Shown here: piece by piece, positions 9,819-17,485 of the stretch
Layout of the letters: the number at the start of each line of letters is the position of its first letter
How positions within the stretch are numbered: position 1 is the first letter of the stretch
Virus record (IMG/VR): IMGVR_UViG_3300048575_000438
Location: 1-44,393 of that record
Direction: 5' to 3' (one strand)
From: a virus
Lineage: Duplodnaviria > Caudoviricetes
DNA: 44,393 bases
Translations under genes and position numbers: made by a program
The notes under the pieces: model-generated
Databases searched by the model: none
Told to the model about the DNA's origin: nothing
The model's input: only the letters and a program-made list of their open reading frames with translations

Positions 9819-9821
9819 AAA

Positions 9822-10028
9822 CTACTGTCCGCCTTCCTTGTTTTCCCAAATCTCGATGAACGCGTCGGGTTGATTATTGTCCGGCGTCTTCTTGTCGTTC
9901 CTGACGATCGCGACCGTGACTTCCTGTCCGGCGGGAATGTTGATCCCGCCGAGTGCAGACATTTTTCCGGTCGTGTAGTTCTTGCCGTCTTTCTCGTGCT
10001 TCCAGAGAGAAGCGATACGCTGACCCAT
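9822..10028 (-). CDS. Small DUF736-like (possible ssDNA-binding) protein
   Basis: RIASLWK..KDGKNYTTGKM...NDKKTPDNNQPD pattern. Confidence 0.6.
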   Translation of the reverse strand: MGQRIASLWKHEKDGKNYTTGKMSALGGINIPAGQEVTVAIVRNDKKTPDNNQPDAFIEIWENKEGGQ

Positions 10029-10574
10029 TTACGCCACCACCTTTAACTGATTGAGTTCTTTGCGAAGTTCCTGATAAAGAGAGACGGGTACAGGAAGCGT
10101 CGAGCTTTCGTCGAGCGGGAAAAACTTCTCTGACTCGGGAAGTGCCTCGATTACCTGTTTTGTGGTAGAACAGGAATATAAAACCTTGGATATTTTCCCC
10201 TTAAGGTCTTCACGCTGTTCTTCAAGCTTTTCGATTTTCTTGTAGAGGTCTTCAATCGGTTTATTGAACTCAATCGTGTGCCACGATGCAGAGCATGGAA
10301 GGTTTTGGCCGGGAAATGATTCGCGAATTATTTCGCCGTCGCTATACCAATTTCCTTGAAACGCCTTTCGTTTCATTCTCACGTCGTTGTCAGTTCTGAA
10401 ATATCCGGGATATTTTTTGAACACTTTCAAAACTTCCGGCGGTATTGCTTCTTCTGCGAGAACTCGCAAAGCGCCCTTGAGTTCTTCCTTTTTTGAATTG
10501 ATCGACGCCAATGGATAATAAGCGTCGGTCATTCTCTCCGCGACATCATCGCGAATAATGTTTGTCAGTCGCAT
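10029..10574 (-). CDS. Nmad5-like (nucleotide-modification-associated) phage protein
   Basis: MRLTNIIRD...LYSCSTTKQVIEALPE; RBS GGAGG; true start 10574 rather than 10850. Confidence 0.75.
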   Translation of the reverse strand: MRLTNIIRDDVAERMTDAYYPLASINSKKEELKGALRVLAEEAIPPEVLKVFKKYPGYFRTDNDVRMKRKAFQGNWYSDGEIIRESFPGQNLPCSASWHTIEFNKPIEDLYKKIEKLEEQREDLKGKISKVLYSCSTTKQVIEALPESEKFFPLDESSTLPVPVSLYQELRKELNQLKVVA

Positions 10575-10606
10575 AGTTCCTCCGTTGTGCCCTATATCAG
10601 GGCTAT

Positions 10607-10675
10607 CGAGACTGGCGGGACTCGAACCCGCGACCGACCCCTCAAGGGTTTCGCTACCAACTGCGCTACAGTCTC
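10607..10675 (-). tRNA. tRNA-like RNA with 13-nt anticodon arm (no assignable anticodon)
   Basis: GAGACTG/CAGTCTC acceptor, TA, GCGC-AGTTGGTA-GCGA D arm, ACCC-TTGAG-GGGT, GCGGG-TTCGAGT-CCCGC T arm, G73. Confidence 0.75.
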
Positions 10676-10947
10676 TCAAGCCGGTTGCCCAGTCCGGCGT
10701 GGTCTTGATGCCTTCCCAGCGTTCCCTCTGAAAAGTGCCACGGCTTCGGTCGTTTGGCTTTACGCGGAACTGTCTGCACCGTATCCCCGCGCCATAGCTC
10801 TCGTAGTTTACGCCGCGCACGCTATGGTCATTCGGCGTCCGGTTTTCCATCCCACTCCTGATTGCAAACCGACAAAGTTGTCGCTACCGGGTACGTCTCC
10901 GGTGCGGCCTTTTACCGCCGTGATGTTTTCCACCCTCCGTGGGCGTC

Positions 10948-11032
10948 CGGAGTGAGAAGGATTTGAAACTTCGCACCCTTTCGGGTGTACGGTTTAGCAA
11001 ACCGCTGTCATCAGCCTCTCGACCATCACTCC
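10948..11032 (-). tRNA. tRNA-Ser(GCT)
   Basis: GGAGTGA/TCACTCC acceptor, GCGGT-TTGCTAA-ACCGT anticodon arm, long variable arm CACCC-GAAA-GGGTG, G73; T53:C61 mismatch; CCA not encoded. Confidence 0.85.
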
Positions 11033-11091
11033 AAAGCCGTTTACGATTCCGGCGCGGCTTCTACTTGACCGCCGTTTAGCTTCGGTGTTCG

Positions 11092-11421
11092 TTATGCCGT
11101 CTTTCCCTCGTCGTCGACCTCGGCGAAAAGCTTCGCGTACTCGGCGTTGATGCTGTCGGAAAGTTTCTGCGCGATTTCGATTTCGCGATCGATGGCGGCG
11201 ATCTGCTCGTAGAGTTCGGCCATTTCGTCCTCGTCCTCGCAATTCACGAGCTGGCTTTCGAGTTCGGTGCGGCGGACTTCGGCGTCGATTTTCTTCCGGT
11301 CGAGCTTGTCAGCCGAGCGCTCGGCGGCGCGTTTCTGCATCCGAATCAGGTTCGGTTTTTTGATCGCCTGAACGACCTCGGTGCCCGCCGCATACAGTTT
11401 GTCAAAAAGAGTCTTCTTCAT
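11092..11421 (-). CDS. Hypothetical coiled-coil protein
   Basis: RBS GGAGG; helical, charge-rich 109 aa. Confidence 0.75.
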   Translation of the reverse strand: MKKTLFDKLYAAGTEVVQAIKKPNLIRMQKRAAERSADKLDRKKIDAEVRRTELESQLVNCEDEDEMAELYEQIAAIDREIEIAQKLSDSINAEYAKLFAEVDDEGKTA

Positions 11422-11467
11422 AAAATCCTCCGAAAAAAATATGTATCACCTCATACGAGGGGATTTT

Positions 11468-12190
11468 CTAAGATAAGAGACGGGCGATTATCTGCTCGTC
11501 GGTTTCGATGGTGTCAGATTGATACGGTTCACCGAGATCCGGTTTGAAAAACGCGTTATAGGCTTCGAGTTGCATACGCTGGTAATCGCGAAGGGCTTTC
11601 GCCTCGTGGAGGTTTTTGCTTTCAGTGGGCTGTATTCTTCCGCAAAGCTGTTCGGCAATTTGAGAGCTTACGACGTGTATCTGCCGACCGTTCATCATCC
11701 GTTCTGCTATTAATTTGATTGGATTGCCCGACGTTCCGTCGGTTGGCCAATCGTGCCGGTGTGAGTGCGCCCAGTCGGATACAGAAACCGTACGCGCGGG
11801 AGGGTCGATCATTTTTATCTGGTCAGCTTCAAACCAGTGTATGTCCTCGCCGCCGAAGTCGACTTTATAGGGAACAGGGGAATGATCGTCTTTAATTAGA
11901 TCACCCTCCGATCCAACCGGCATCGCGTTATGTTCTCCGTTGTTTTTCACCACGCGCACTTTCGCGCCGACCGGGATGCGGGCGGGATTTCTCGGCTCGT
12001 TCGTCGCGCCGGTTTCCGTCGGCTTGACACGGTAGCGAAACCGATCGCCCCAATCACACGCCGAACCGTCGGAAAACACGCAATCGCGCCAATCGTTAGA
12101 ACCGCGCGGGGTGGCTTCAAACTGCATCGCTACTCCGGCCTTTTGCATCTGCTTCGCCACTTCCGCGCTATACACTATTTCCATCTTCAT
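11468..12190 (-). CDS. Hypothetical mosaic phage protein (SH3-like middle segment)
   Basis: RBS GGAGG; VGAKVRVV...YKVDF...WF segment. Confidence 0.7.
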   Translation of the reverse strand: MKMEIVYSAEVAKQMQKAGVAMQFEATPRGSNDWRDCVFSDGSACDWGDRFRYRVKPTETGATNEPRNPARIPVGAKVRVVKNNGEHNAMPVGSEGDLIKDDHSPVPYKVDFGGEDIHWFEADQIKMIDPPARTVSVSDWAHSHRHDWPTDGTSGNPIKLIAERMMNGRQIHVVSSQIAEQLCGRIQPTESKNLHEAKALRDYQRMQLEAYNAFFKPDLGEPYQSDTIETDEQIIARLLS

Positions 12191-12199
12191 ATCCTCCGT

Positions 12200-12484
12200 T
12201 TATTCTTCCACGCGACCAATCAGCTTGAGATAGTCCGCGTACTTGCCCCGCGCGTCGTCCGTCGGAAAGTCCGCCGTCTCGACCTGCCCATTGAGCGAAT
12301 ACGAGAGCGAGTACATAGGCTTACCGTCTACGCTCTGGTAGTCATCGCTTGATATGATGTAGATGGACGGACTTGTCTGTTTCGGCGTCGTAAAAATCGC
12401 GATGCCCACGACGAGGAGCATGAAGATGCCGATGAGCGTCGCCCGGACAACCGTATTCACTAAGCCCTGCTCGCGTTCGTACAT
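12200..12484 (-). CDS. Hypothetical membrane-anchored protein
   Basis: N-terminal hydrophobic helix; RBS AGGAGG. Confidence 0.7.
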   Translation of the reverse strand: MYEREQGLVNTVVRATLIGIFMLLVVGIAIFTTPKQTSPSIYIISSDDYQSVDGKPMYSLSYSLNGQVETADFPTDDARGKYADYLKLIGRVEE

Positions 12485-12729
12485 ACCATCCCCCTCCTTG
12501 CAACCGTTTCCGCCATGCGTTGACGACGAACGGCGTTTACGATCTCGACGATTTCCTCGTATTTTTCGTACCGACCTTCGGTGCCAGTGCGCCTGATTCC
12601 GTGCATGATGAGGTAGCCGTCAGACGCGCCGTACTTCGCGACGAGGCGTGAACACTCGCTGCGTCCAGACTCCGATTCCAGCCACGCCCGAACTTCGCAA
12701 GCGCGGCCCTCGATTTGTGCGCCGGTCAT
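12460..12729 (-). CDS. Hypothetical protein
   Basis: ATGA overlap with the BRO gene stop. Confidence 0.6.
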   Translation of the reverse strand: MTGAQIEGRACEVRAWLESESGRSECSRLVAKYGASDGYLIMHGIRRTGTEGRYEKYEEIVEIVNAVRRQRMAETVARRGMVCTNASRA

Positions 12730-13412
12730 ATGGCTATCTCCTTTCCTTCCGACGGCTCATAAACGTATGGCGCTTCGAGTCCTTCGCGAGCCCTTGCGAA
12801 ACGGACGCCCATTTCGATAAACACGCTGCACGCACCGGTTTCGCCGTGGACGGTCTTCTCGACTTCTTCGATCGATGCGCCCCGGTCGATTGCCTGTATG
12901 TAGTCGCGGCACTTTCGGTACGCCGTTATAAACTCGGGACTATAATTTCCGGCGTGTCCAGAAAACGCCGGGTTTGTAAACCCGATGATGTAGTCGATTC
13001 GCGCACTGGCTTCTTCCGATCCGTACACCTTGCGCAGTTCAGCGACGAGAGCAGCGGAAAGCTGACGTTCCGATTTTTTGTTGATTGAGTACGATCCAGT
13101 TTTCCTGATCGACGGGATTACTTCACCGGCGATCCATTTCTGGAACGGAAGCGCGGCGGGCTTGTCGGATCGGGCAAGGAAGAAATAGAGACCGGGCTCG
13201 GCGAGAACCGCCATGTTCTGATTTCCGGAAGGGGTCACAACGGATGTGACCCCTCGCCATTCTTCGGGAACGTGCTCGATTCTTGCAGTTCCATTCCATG
13301 TATAACCGATGCGTTCCGCGACATCCTTCGCGACGAAAAGCGGCTCGCCGTTTACGATCGACACGCGAATATCGCTTCCGTTTGGCGTCTTGAAAACTTG
13401 CAGGGCGTTCAT
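12726..13412 (-). CDS. BRO-N domain antirepressor
   Basis: IRV...GEPLFVAKDVA...EPGLYFFLARSDKPAALPFQKWIAGEVIPSIRKTGSY. Confidence 0.9.
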   Translation of the reverse strand: MNALQVFKTPNGSDIRVSIVNGEPLFVAKDVAERIGYTWNGTARIEHVPEEWRGVTSVVTPSGNQNMAVLAEPGLYFFLARSDKPAALPFQKWIAGEVIPSIRKTGSYSINKKSERQLSAALVAELRKVYGSEEASARIDYIIGFTNPAFSGHAGNYSPEFITAYRKCRDYIQAIDRGASIEEVEKTVHGETGACSVFIEMGVRFARAREGLEAPYVYEPSEGKEIAI

Positions 13413-13657
13413 GACTGTGTCTCCAGTTCTTCTTGGGTGACGCTATTCTGAAACGCGGTAATGTCAATTTGAGTTTTTCCGGACTCGATGGATTCGGCTG
13501 ACTCGACCGTTCGGTTAATTAAGACGCGAAGAAATGGGCCTTTCTTCAGTCCTCTTTTTTTTAAAAAGGATTCAAACCGTTTTTCCTCTTCGCCTTCGTA
13601 TGGTATTTTTACCGATTTCGGCGTGACCCTTAAAAATGTGTCGTTTTGTACACTCAT
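13409..13657 (-). CDS. Cro-position regulator (ribbon-helix-helix-like)
   Basis: Divergent from the repressor; KSVKIPY...FLKKRGLKKGPFLRVLI. Confidence 0.65.
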   Translation of the reverse strand: MSVQNDTFLRVTPKSVKIPYEGEEEKRFESFLKKRGLKKGPFLRVLINRTVESAESIESGKTQIDITAFQNSVTQEELETQS

Positions 13658-13719
13658 GGTTCTTAGTATGTGGTCGAAACGGCACTTCTGTCAATACGAA
13701 AAGTGTATAAAATGACACT
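13637..13719. promoter_or_regulatory. Immunity switch: three 18-bp operators and a leftward sigma70 promoter
   Basis: AGTGTACAAAACGACACA (rc 13637-54), TGTGGTCGAAACGGCACT (13669-86), AGTGTATAAAATGACACT (13702-19); TTGACA-18-CATACT on the - strand at 13694-13665. Confidence 0.7.
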
Positions 13720-13750
13720 TTTTTTTTATTTATTGGTCGATACTAAAGGC

Positions 13751-14125
13751 ATGACCTTCTATGATCGTGTTAAAAATGAAGTGAAGCTCAAAAATAAAAG
13801 TATTGAAGACTGGCTTGAAGATAATTTTAAAGGCGAGATTACGAGAGATACATACAATGGCTGGAGGAGACGAGGAAATCTACCCCGGCTGGATGATGCA
13901 ATCAGGATAGCCAGAAAACTTGGAACATCAGTTGATTATCTCTATGACGGTTCTGATAAAGAACTCTCCTTCGATGACCAAACGCTTCTTGCGCTCGCCC
14001 GCAAACACGCCGATCTTCTCGCCGACGTTGATGTACTCCCGCCGGATAAGCTTGAATTCATAAAAATGCAGGTGAAGTCAGTCGCCGATTTCACCCGGCA
14101 AAGCAAAGAGAAAGCCGCGAAGTAA
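13751..14125 (+). CDS. CI-like HTH repressor (Xre family)
   Basis: TYNGWRRRGNLPRLDDAIRIARKLGTSVDYL; no S24 peptidase domain; likely start ATG 13751. Confidence 0.88.
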   Translation: MTFYDRVKNEVKLKNKSIEDWLEDNFKGEITRDTYNGWRRRGNLPRLDDAIRIARKLGTSVDYLYDGSDKELSFDDQTLLALARKHADLLADVDVLPPDKLEFIKMQVKSVADFTRQSKEKAAK

Positions 14126-14173
14126 AAATCATCTATTACGATTTTCGGAAATAATTACTAAAAGGAGTAAAAA

Positions 14174-14731
14174 TTGAATAAAAAAGGCATTACGATTGGA
14201 ATTATAATTATTGTCATTGGTGCAGTTGGCGCCGGTGTCGCTATTGCTGGACTACACATAGGGCAGTTTTTTCTTTATTTATTACTCGCCGTAGTCGGCT
14301 TAATAGTGTTGATAATGAGCGCACCGGAATTCTTTAATATCAAAACAGAAAAGACAGGCGGAATAGGTTTTTCGGTGAAAACATCGTCGATGCCGTCTGA
14401 TTCTGAAATTGATTTTGCAATCCCCAACGGCGAAACGCTCAACCTCGACGAGTTGTCAAAAACAAACCAAAAACTTGCCGAGGCTATACGGGATGGTGAG
14501 CGCGGGCATACCCCGTCTGATTTTCTCAAGACATACGATTCATGGGCTGTCACGTGGAGTAAAAACAAGGAATGGGCCAACGTCTACGCAAAGCCAAAAG
14601 GAAAAGATGAGTATGAGCGATACGGGTTTAATATCAATGAATGGCGTTGGTCGTATGGTGAAAACGCTTACGGCGCAAACGCGATAAAAAAGGAATTACG
14701 AACGCTTTTCAAAAAAGAATATGCAAAATAA
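14174..14731 (+). CDS. Membrane protein with two N-terminal TM helices (lysogenic, possible superinfection exclusion)
   Basis: RBS AAGGAG with TTG start; AT-rich; directly downstream of cI. Confidence 0.7.
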   Translation: MNKKGITIGIIIIVIGAVGAGVAIAGLHIGQFFLYLLLAVVGLIVLIMSAPEFFNIKTEKTGGIGFSVKTSSMPSDSEIDFAIPNGETLNLDELSKTNQKLAEAIRDGERGHTPSDFLKTYDSWAVTWSKNKEWANVYAKPKGKDEYERYGFNINEWRWSYGENAYGANAIKKELRTLFKKEYAK

Positions 14732-14762
14732 AAAAAGGCCCCGGTCAATTCCGGGGCCTTTG
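14731..14762. terminator. Bidirectional intrinsic terminator
   Basis: AAAGGCCCCGG-tcaatt-CCGGGGCCTTT between convergent genes. Confidence 0.85.
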
Positions 14763-14788
14763 TCGTCTCTAGTGCTATCGTCAGTATT

Positions 14789-15505
14789 CTATCGGCAGGA
14801 TGCGGTATAAATCTTCCCGGCGACGACATACTCGCCCGCGCCGTCACACCGGGCCTGTAATTCATAGCCTTTCTTTCTCGCCTCGAAATAATCGTCAAGG
14901 CTCGCCCACCCGTTGTCTTGCCATGAAGCATCGGCGCAGTGCTCCTCGCCGATAATTGCCCCTGCCGAAGAAACGAGATATAGCGCGTATTTTTCATAAG
15001 GCGTTCTGGTATCGTCAGCAACTACCGGGGCGGGCGGAATCTGGTCAACATACAGGACGCCACCGTCAGCATTTGCCTGCTGAACAAAAAGCGCATAACG
15101 GGCGACATAATCCGCGCGTTCCCAGTGAAGATATGACTCGATGATCGCATGAGTAGTAGGGTTAACGATATACACGTCGATATACGGCGATTCCGCAATC
15201 GGTACGTCGGTCGTAAGAATCGTCTGCTGGTCGTCGGTCGTCGCGAGATTGTAGGTGATAACCTCTTTTTTGAGGTCGTCTTCGGTAACCGCCGCGCGCG
15301 AGGTCGTAACCTCGACGGTCTTTACCGTTTGCCATTTTGAGTTTTTGACGTACCGGGTAGAGGTGGTCGCTGCCGGGGTCGTAGTGGTGTCGCCCGTAGT
15401 CGGCGTGGTAGTTACAGGATCGGTGGTCGACGCCGGGGTGGTGCCGGTCTGGCAACCGGCGAGGAGCAGGATCAAAACGAAAAGCGCGATAAAAGTCTTT
15501 TTCAT
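14789..15505 (-). CDS. Lipoprotein, paralog of 39947-40618
   Basis: MKK...LLAGC lipobox, Thr-rich linker, RBS AAGGAG. Confidence 0.85.
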   Translation of the reverse strand: MKKTFIALFVLILLLAGCQTGTTPASTTDPVTTTPTTGDTTTTPAATTSTRYVKNSKWQTVKTVEVTTSRAAVTEDDLKKEVITYNLATTDDQQTILTTDVPIAESPYIDVYIVNPTTHAIIESYLHWERADYVARYALFVQQANADGGVLYVDQIPPAPVVADDTRTPYEKYALYLVSSAGAIIGEEHCADASWQDNGWASLDDYFEARKKGYELQARCDGAGEYVVAGKIYTASCR

Positions 15506-15527
15506 AAGCGCACTCCTTTTCACCAAA

Positions 15528-15557
15528 AGTATACCACAATAGCGTCGTTTTTACACT
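15528..15557 (-). promoter_or_regulatory. Extended -10 promoter of the lipoprotein gene
   Basis: TGTGG-TATACT at 15538-15528; operator-like AGTGTAAAAACGACGCT over the -35 region. Confidence 0.55.
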
Positions 15558-15584
15558 ATTTCAATAAAAACAACGCTATTTTAT

Positions 15585-15803
15585 TTAGAACGGCCCCGCG
15601 CCTTTTTCGGACTCCGTGGCTGTCGCGGGTTGCGGTTTTGGAAAACGGATTATCACCTCACCGTTATCGAGGTAAATTTCGTAAGGGTCGCCGACTTTCA
15701 CGTCTCCTTTCAGTTTTGCCAGCGCCGCCGAGAGCGGTATCGCCTTACTTCCTTTACCTCGAGGGATAACCGTTCCGTGCTCGAAAAGCTCCATCTTTAC
15801 CAT
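15585..15803 (-). CDS. AbrB/MazE/SpoVT-like DNA-binding protein
   Basis: RGKGSKAIPLS...VKVGDPYEIYLDNGEVIIR. Confidence 0.7.
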   Translation of the reverse strand: MVKMELFEHGTVIPRGKGSKAIPLSAALAKLKGDVKVGDPYEIYLDNGEVIIRFPKPQPATATESEKGAGPF

Positions 15804-16552
15804 CCGATAGCCTCCCTGATGATTCGCGCAGATTCGGCATAATTGTCGCCGAGTTCTTCGAGGCGCAGGAGGGCAGATTCTAACTTTATTGTATCTACCT
15901 TCTTGCCAGATGTCGAGGGTGATTTCCGCGCCGCGTTTCGCTTGTTTCTCGCGGCCTCGATGTCGGCGGCTTCCGGTTCAGCGCGCCCGTCTTCGGCGGC
16001 AAGGGCTTCGGCTTCCTTGATGATCGCCGCGTCGCGCTTGACCTGACGCAGCGATTTTCCCATTACCTCGGCGGCCTCGGGGCGCGATACTTCGGAGAAA
16101 AGCCCGACCTTGCGGTACAGCATCAGGCGCACATCCTCGGGTATCTCGAAGCGCAAGAGGTTCGAGAGTATCAGGCGCTTTTCCTGCTCGTCGGGTTCAA
16201 GATCCGAAAGCACGAGGCGCACGGGCAATCGTTTCTCAGGGTCAATACGTTGCGAGCAGATTACCCGTGACTCACCGGAAAGTATAAGCCCGTCCGGCAT
16301 GGCAACGAGGTTGTCAGTCACGCCGTTTTCGCGGATGTCAGCTTCAAGGTCGGCGAGATATTGCTCGGTTTTTAAGGCGCGGAACACCTCGTTCGCGGGA
16401 TTGAGACGGAACCAGCTTGCCGGTTTATAGACGATATCCGAAAGCTCAAGGCCGGCGGTTATGGCGGGCGGCGTCGGCGCATGGATCGCGGACGCGGTTC
16501 CGGGGCGAGGTGACGCCGTTGCGGCGGATATTATGGCGTTGTATTTAGGCAT
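15797..16552 (-). CDS. parB: ParB/Srx N-terminal domain protein with HTH
   Basis: LEADIRENGV...ILSGESRV...LILSNLLR...AEVMGKSLRQVKR. Confidence 0.8.
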   Translation of the reverse strand: MPKYNAIISAATASPRPGTASAIHAPTPPAITAGLELSDIVYKPASWFRLNPANEVFRALKTEQYLADLEADIRENGVTDNLVAMPDGLILSGESRVICSQRIDPEKRLPVRLVLSDLEPDEQEKRLILSNLLRFEIPEDVRLMLYRKVGLFSEVSRPEAAEVMGKSLRQVKRDAAIIKEAEALAAEDGRAEPEAADIEAARNKRNAARKSPSTSGKKVDTIKLESALLRLEELGDNYAESARIIREAIGW

Positions 16553-16757
16553 GAGGGGCCTCGGGGATTGACCAGTGCAGTCGATATTCGTTTATAAAGT
16601 CCGTCGGGAAGTTCGATTTCCATCCACAATCCCGACATTCAAATTGGCTGCCATTGAAAAACGTTCTCGGCATTGTTCGACATCCCGGCGCGCCGCAATA
16701 GGGGGTGTACCCTTGTATCGTCATAAGATTTTTCCTAACAATACTCACGCCGCTCAT
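16545..16757 (-). CDS. Small Cys-rich hypothetical protein between parA and parB
   Basis: YTPYCG..GC...FECRDCGW; overlaps both neighbours. Confidence 0.7.
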   Translation of the reverse strand: MSGVSIVRKNLMTIQGYTPYCGAPGCRTMPRTFFNGSQFECRDCGWKSNFPTDFINEYRLHWSIPEAPHA

Positions 16758-17485
16758 TCCGCCACCTCCCGCGCCAAATCAGCGAACCATCCCGCCGCCT
16801 TCGTTCCCTCCCGAAGCGCCCGGCCTTCGCTCGCTGCCGCCTTAATTGGAGCGTCCCTGTATACAGCCGCTTTCGTCGCCGTCCAGATGTCCGCGCCCTG
16901 TAACGCTACCGCCTCGGCTTCCGTAACCATGCTCGGCACGGCCAATATCCGGGGCGCTATTCCTATCGATTCCGCGACGGCCGCAACCTCTTGCTCGATA
17001 ATCTGATAGCCTTGAACCGTCCAGCGACTCGCCGAAATCGGTACGAGTACCATATCAGCGGCGTAAAGCCCGAGGGTCAGCTCAAGGGACAGGCTCGGCG
17101 GCGTGTCGATAATCACATAGTCATAATCGAGCTTCCGCAAGCCTGCCCGGAGCCGCATAGCCGCTCCCTGATCGCGGGATAACTCGATACCGATGCGGGA
17201 AAGCGAAGGAGTTGCAGGGATGATGTCGACACTCGGGGCCGACGCGGGGCCGCCCCAAATAACGCCCGTGAGTTCTTTTGCGCGGGTCAAGAAGTGCATG
17301 ACGTTCCGATCCTCGATAACTTCCGGCATGGCGAATCGTAGCCAGTAATCGGTCGAATTGTTGTTATGATCCAAATCGACGCACAGCACCCGCGCGCCTG
17401 ACGTCGCAAGCGCCCGAGTCGTAAATACAGCGGCAGTGGTTTTCCCGACGCCGCCTTTGAGCGATGATACGGTAATGATTTTCAT
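16754..17485 (-). CDS. parA: ParA/Soj family ATPase
   Basis: KGGVGKTT, VDLD, IIDTPP; RBS AAGGAG. Confidence 0.92.
   Translation of the reverse strand: MKIITVSSLKGGVGKTTAAVFTTRALATSGARVLCVDLDHNNNSTDYWLRFAMPEVIEDRNVMHFLTRAKELTGVIWGGPASAPSVDIIPATPSLSRIGIELSRDQGAAMRLRAGLRKLDYDYVIIDTPPSLSLELTLGLYAADMVLVPISASRWTVQGYQIIEQEVAAVAESIGIAPRILAVPSMVTEAEAVALQGADIWTATKAAVYRDAPIKAAASEGRALREGTKAAGWFADLAREVAE

Larger units (their letters stand above)
10590..11091 (-). ncRNA. Putative ~500-nt structured RNA locus with embedded tRNA-Ser and tRNA-like element
   Basis: No credible ORF; near-contiguous hairpins, repeated two-hairpin modules and two cloverleafs. Confidence 0.6.

Noticed and set aside
9791-9830. 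Hammerhead-like CTGATGA...GAAAC...GTC on the + strand
   Set aside because: Stems I and II cannot form convincingly; better explained by the - strand attenuator-like structure
10575-10850. N-terminal extension of the 273-aa ORF 10029-10850
   Set aside because: Runs through a tRNA-like cloverleaf and hairpins; a strong RBS and family-like start lie at 10574
15585-15803. Toxin-antitoxin pair
   Set aside because: The AbrB/MazE-like gene has no adjacent toxin-like ORF; the next gene is a lipoprotein with its own promoter
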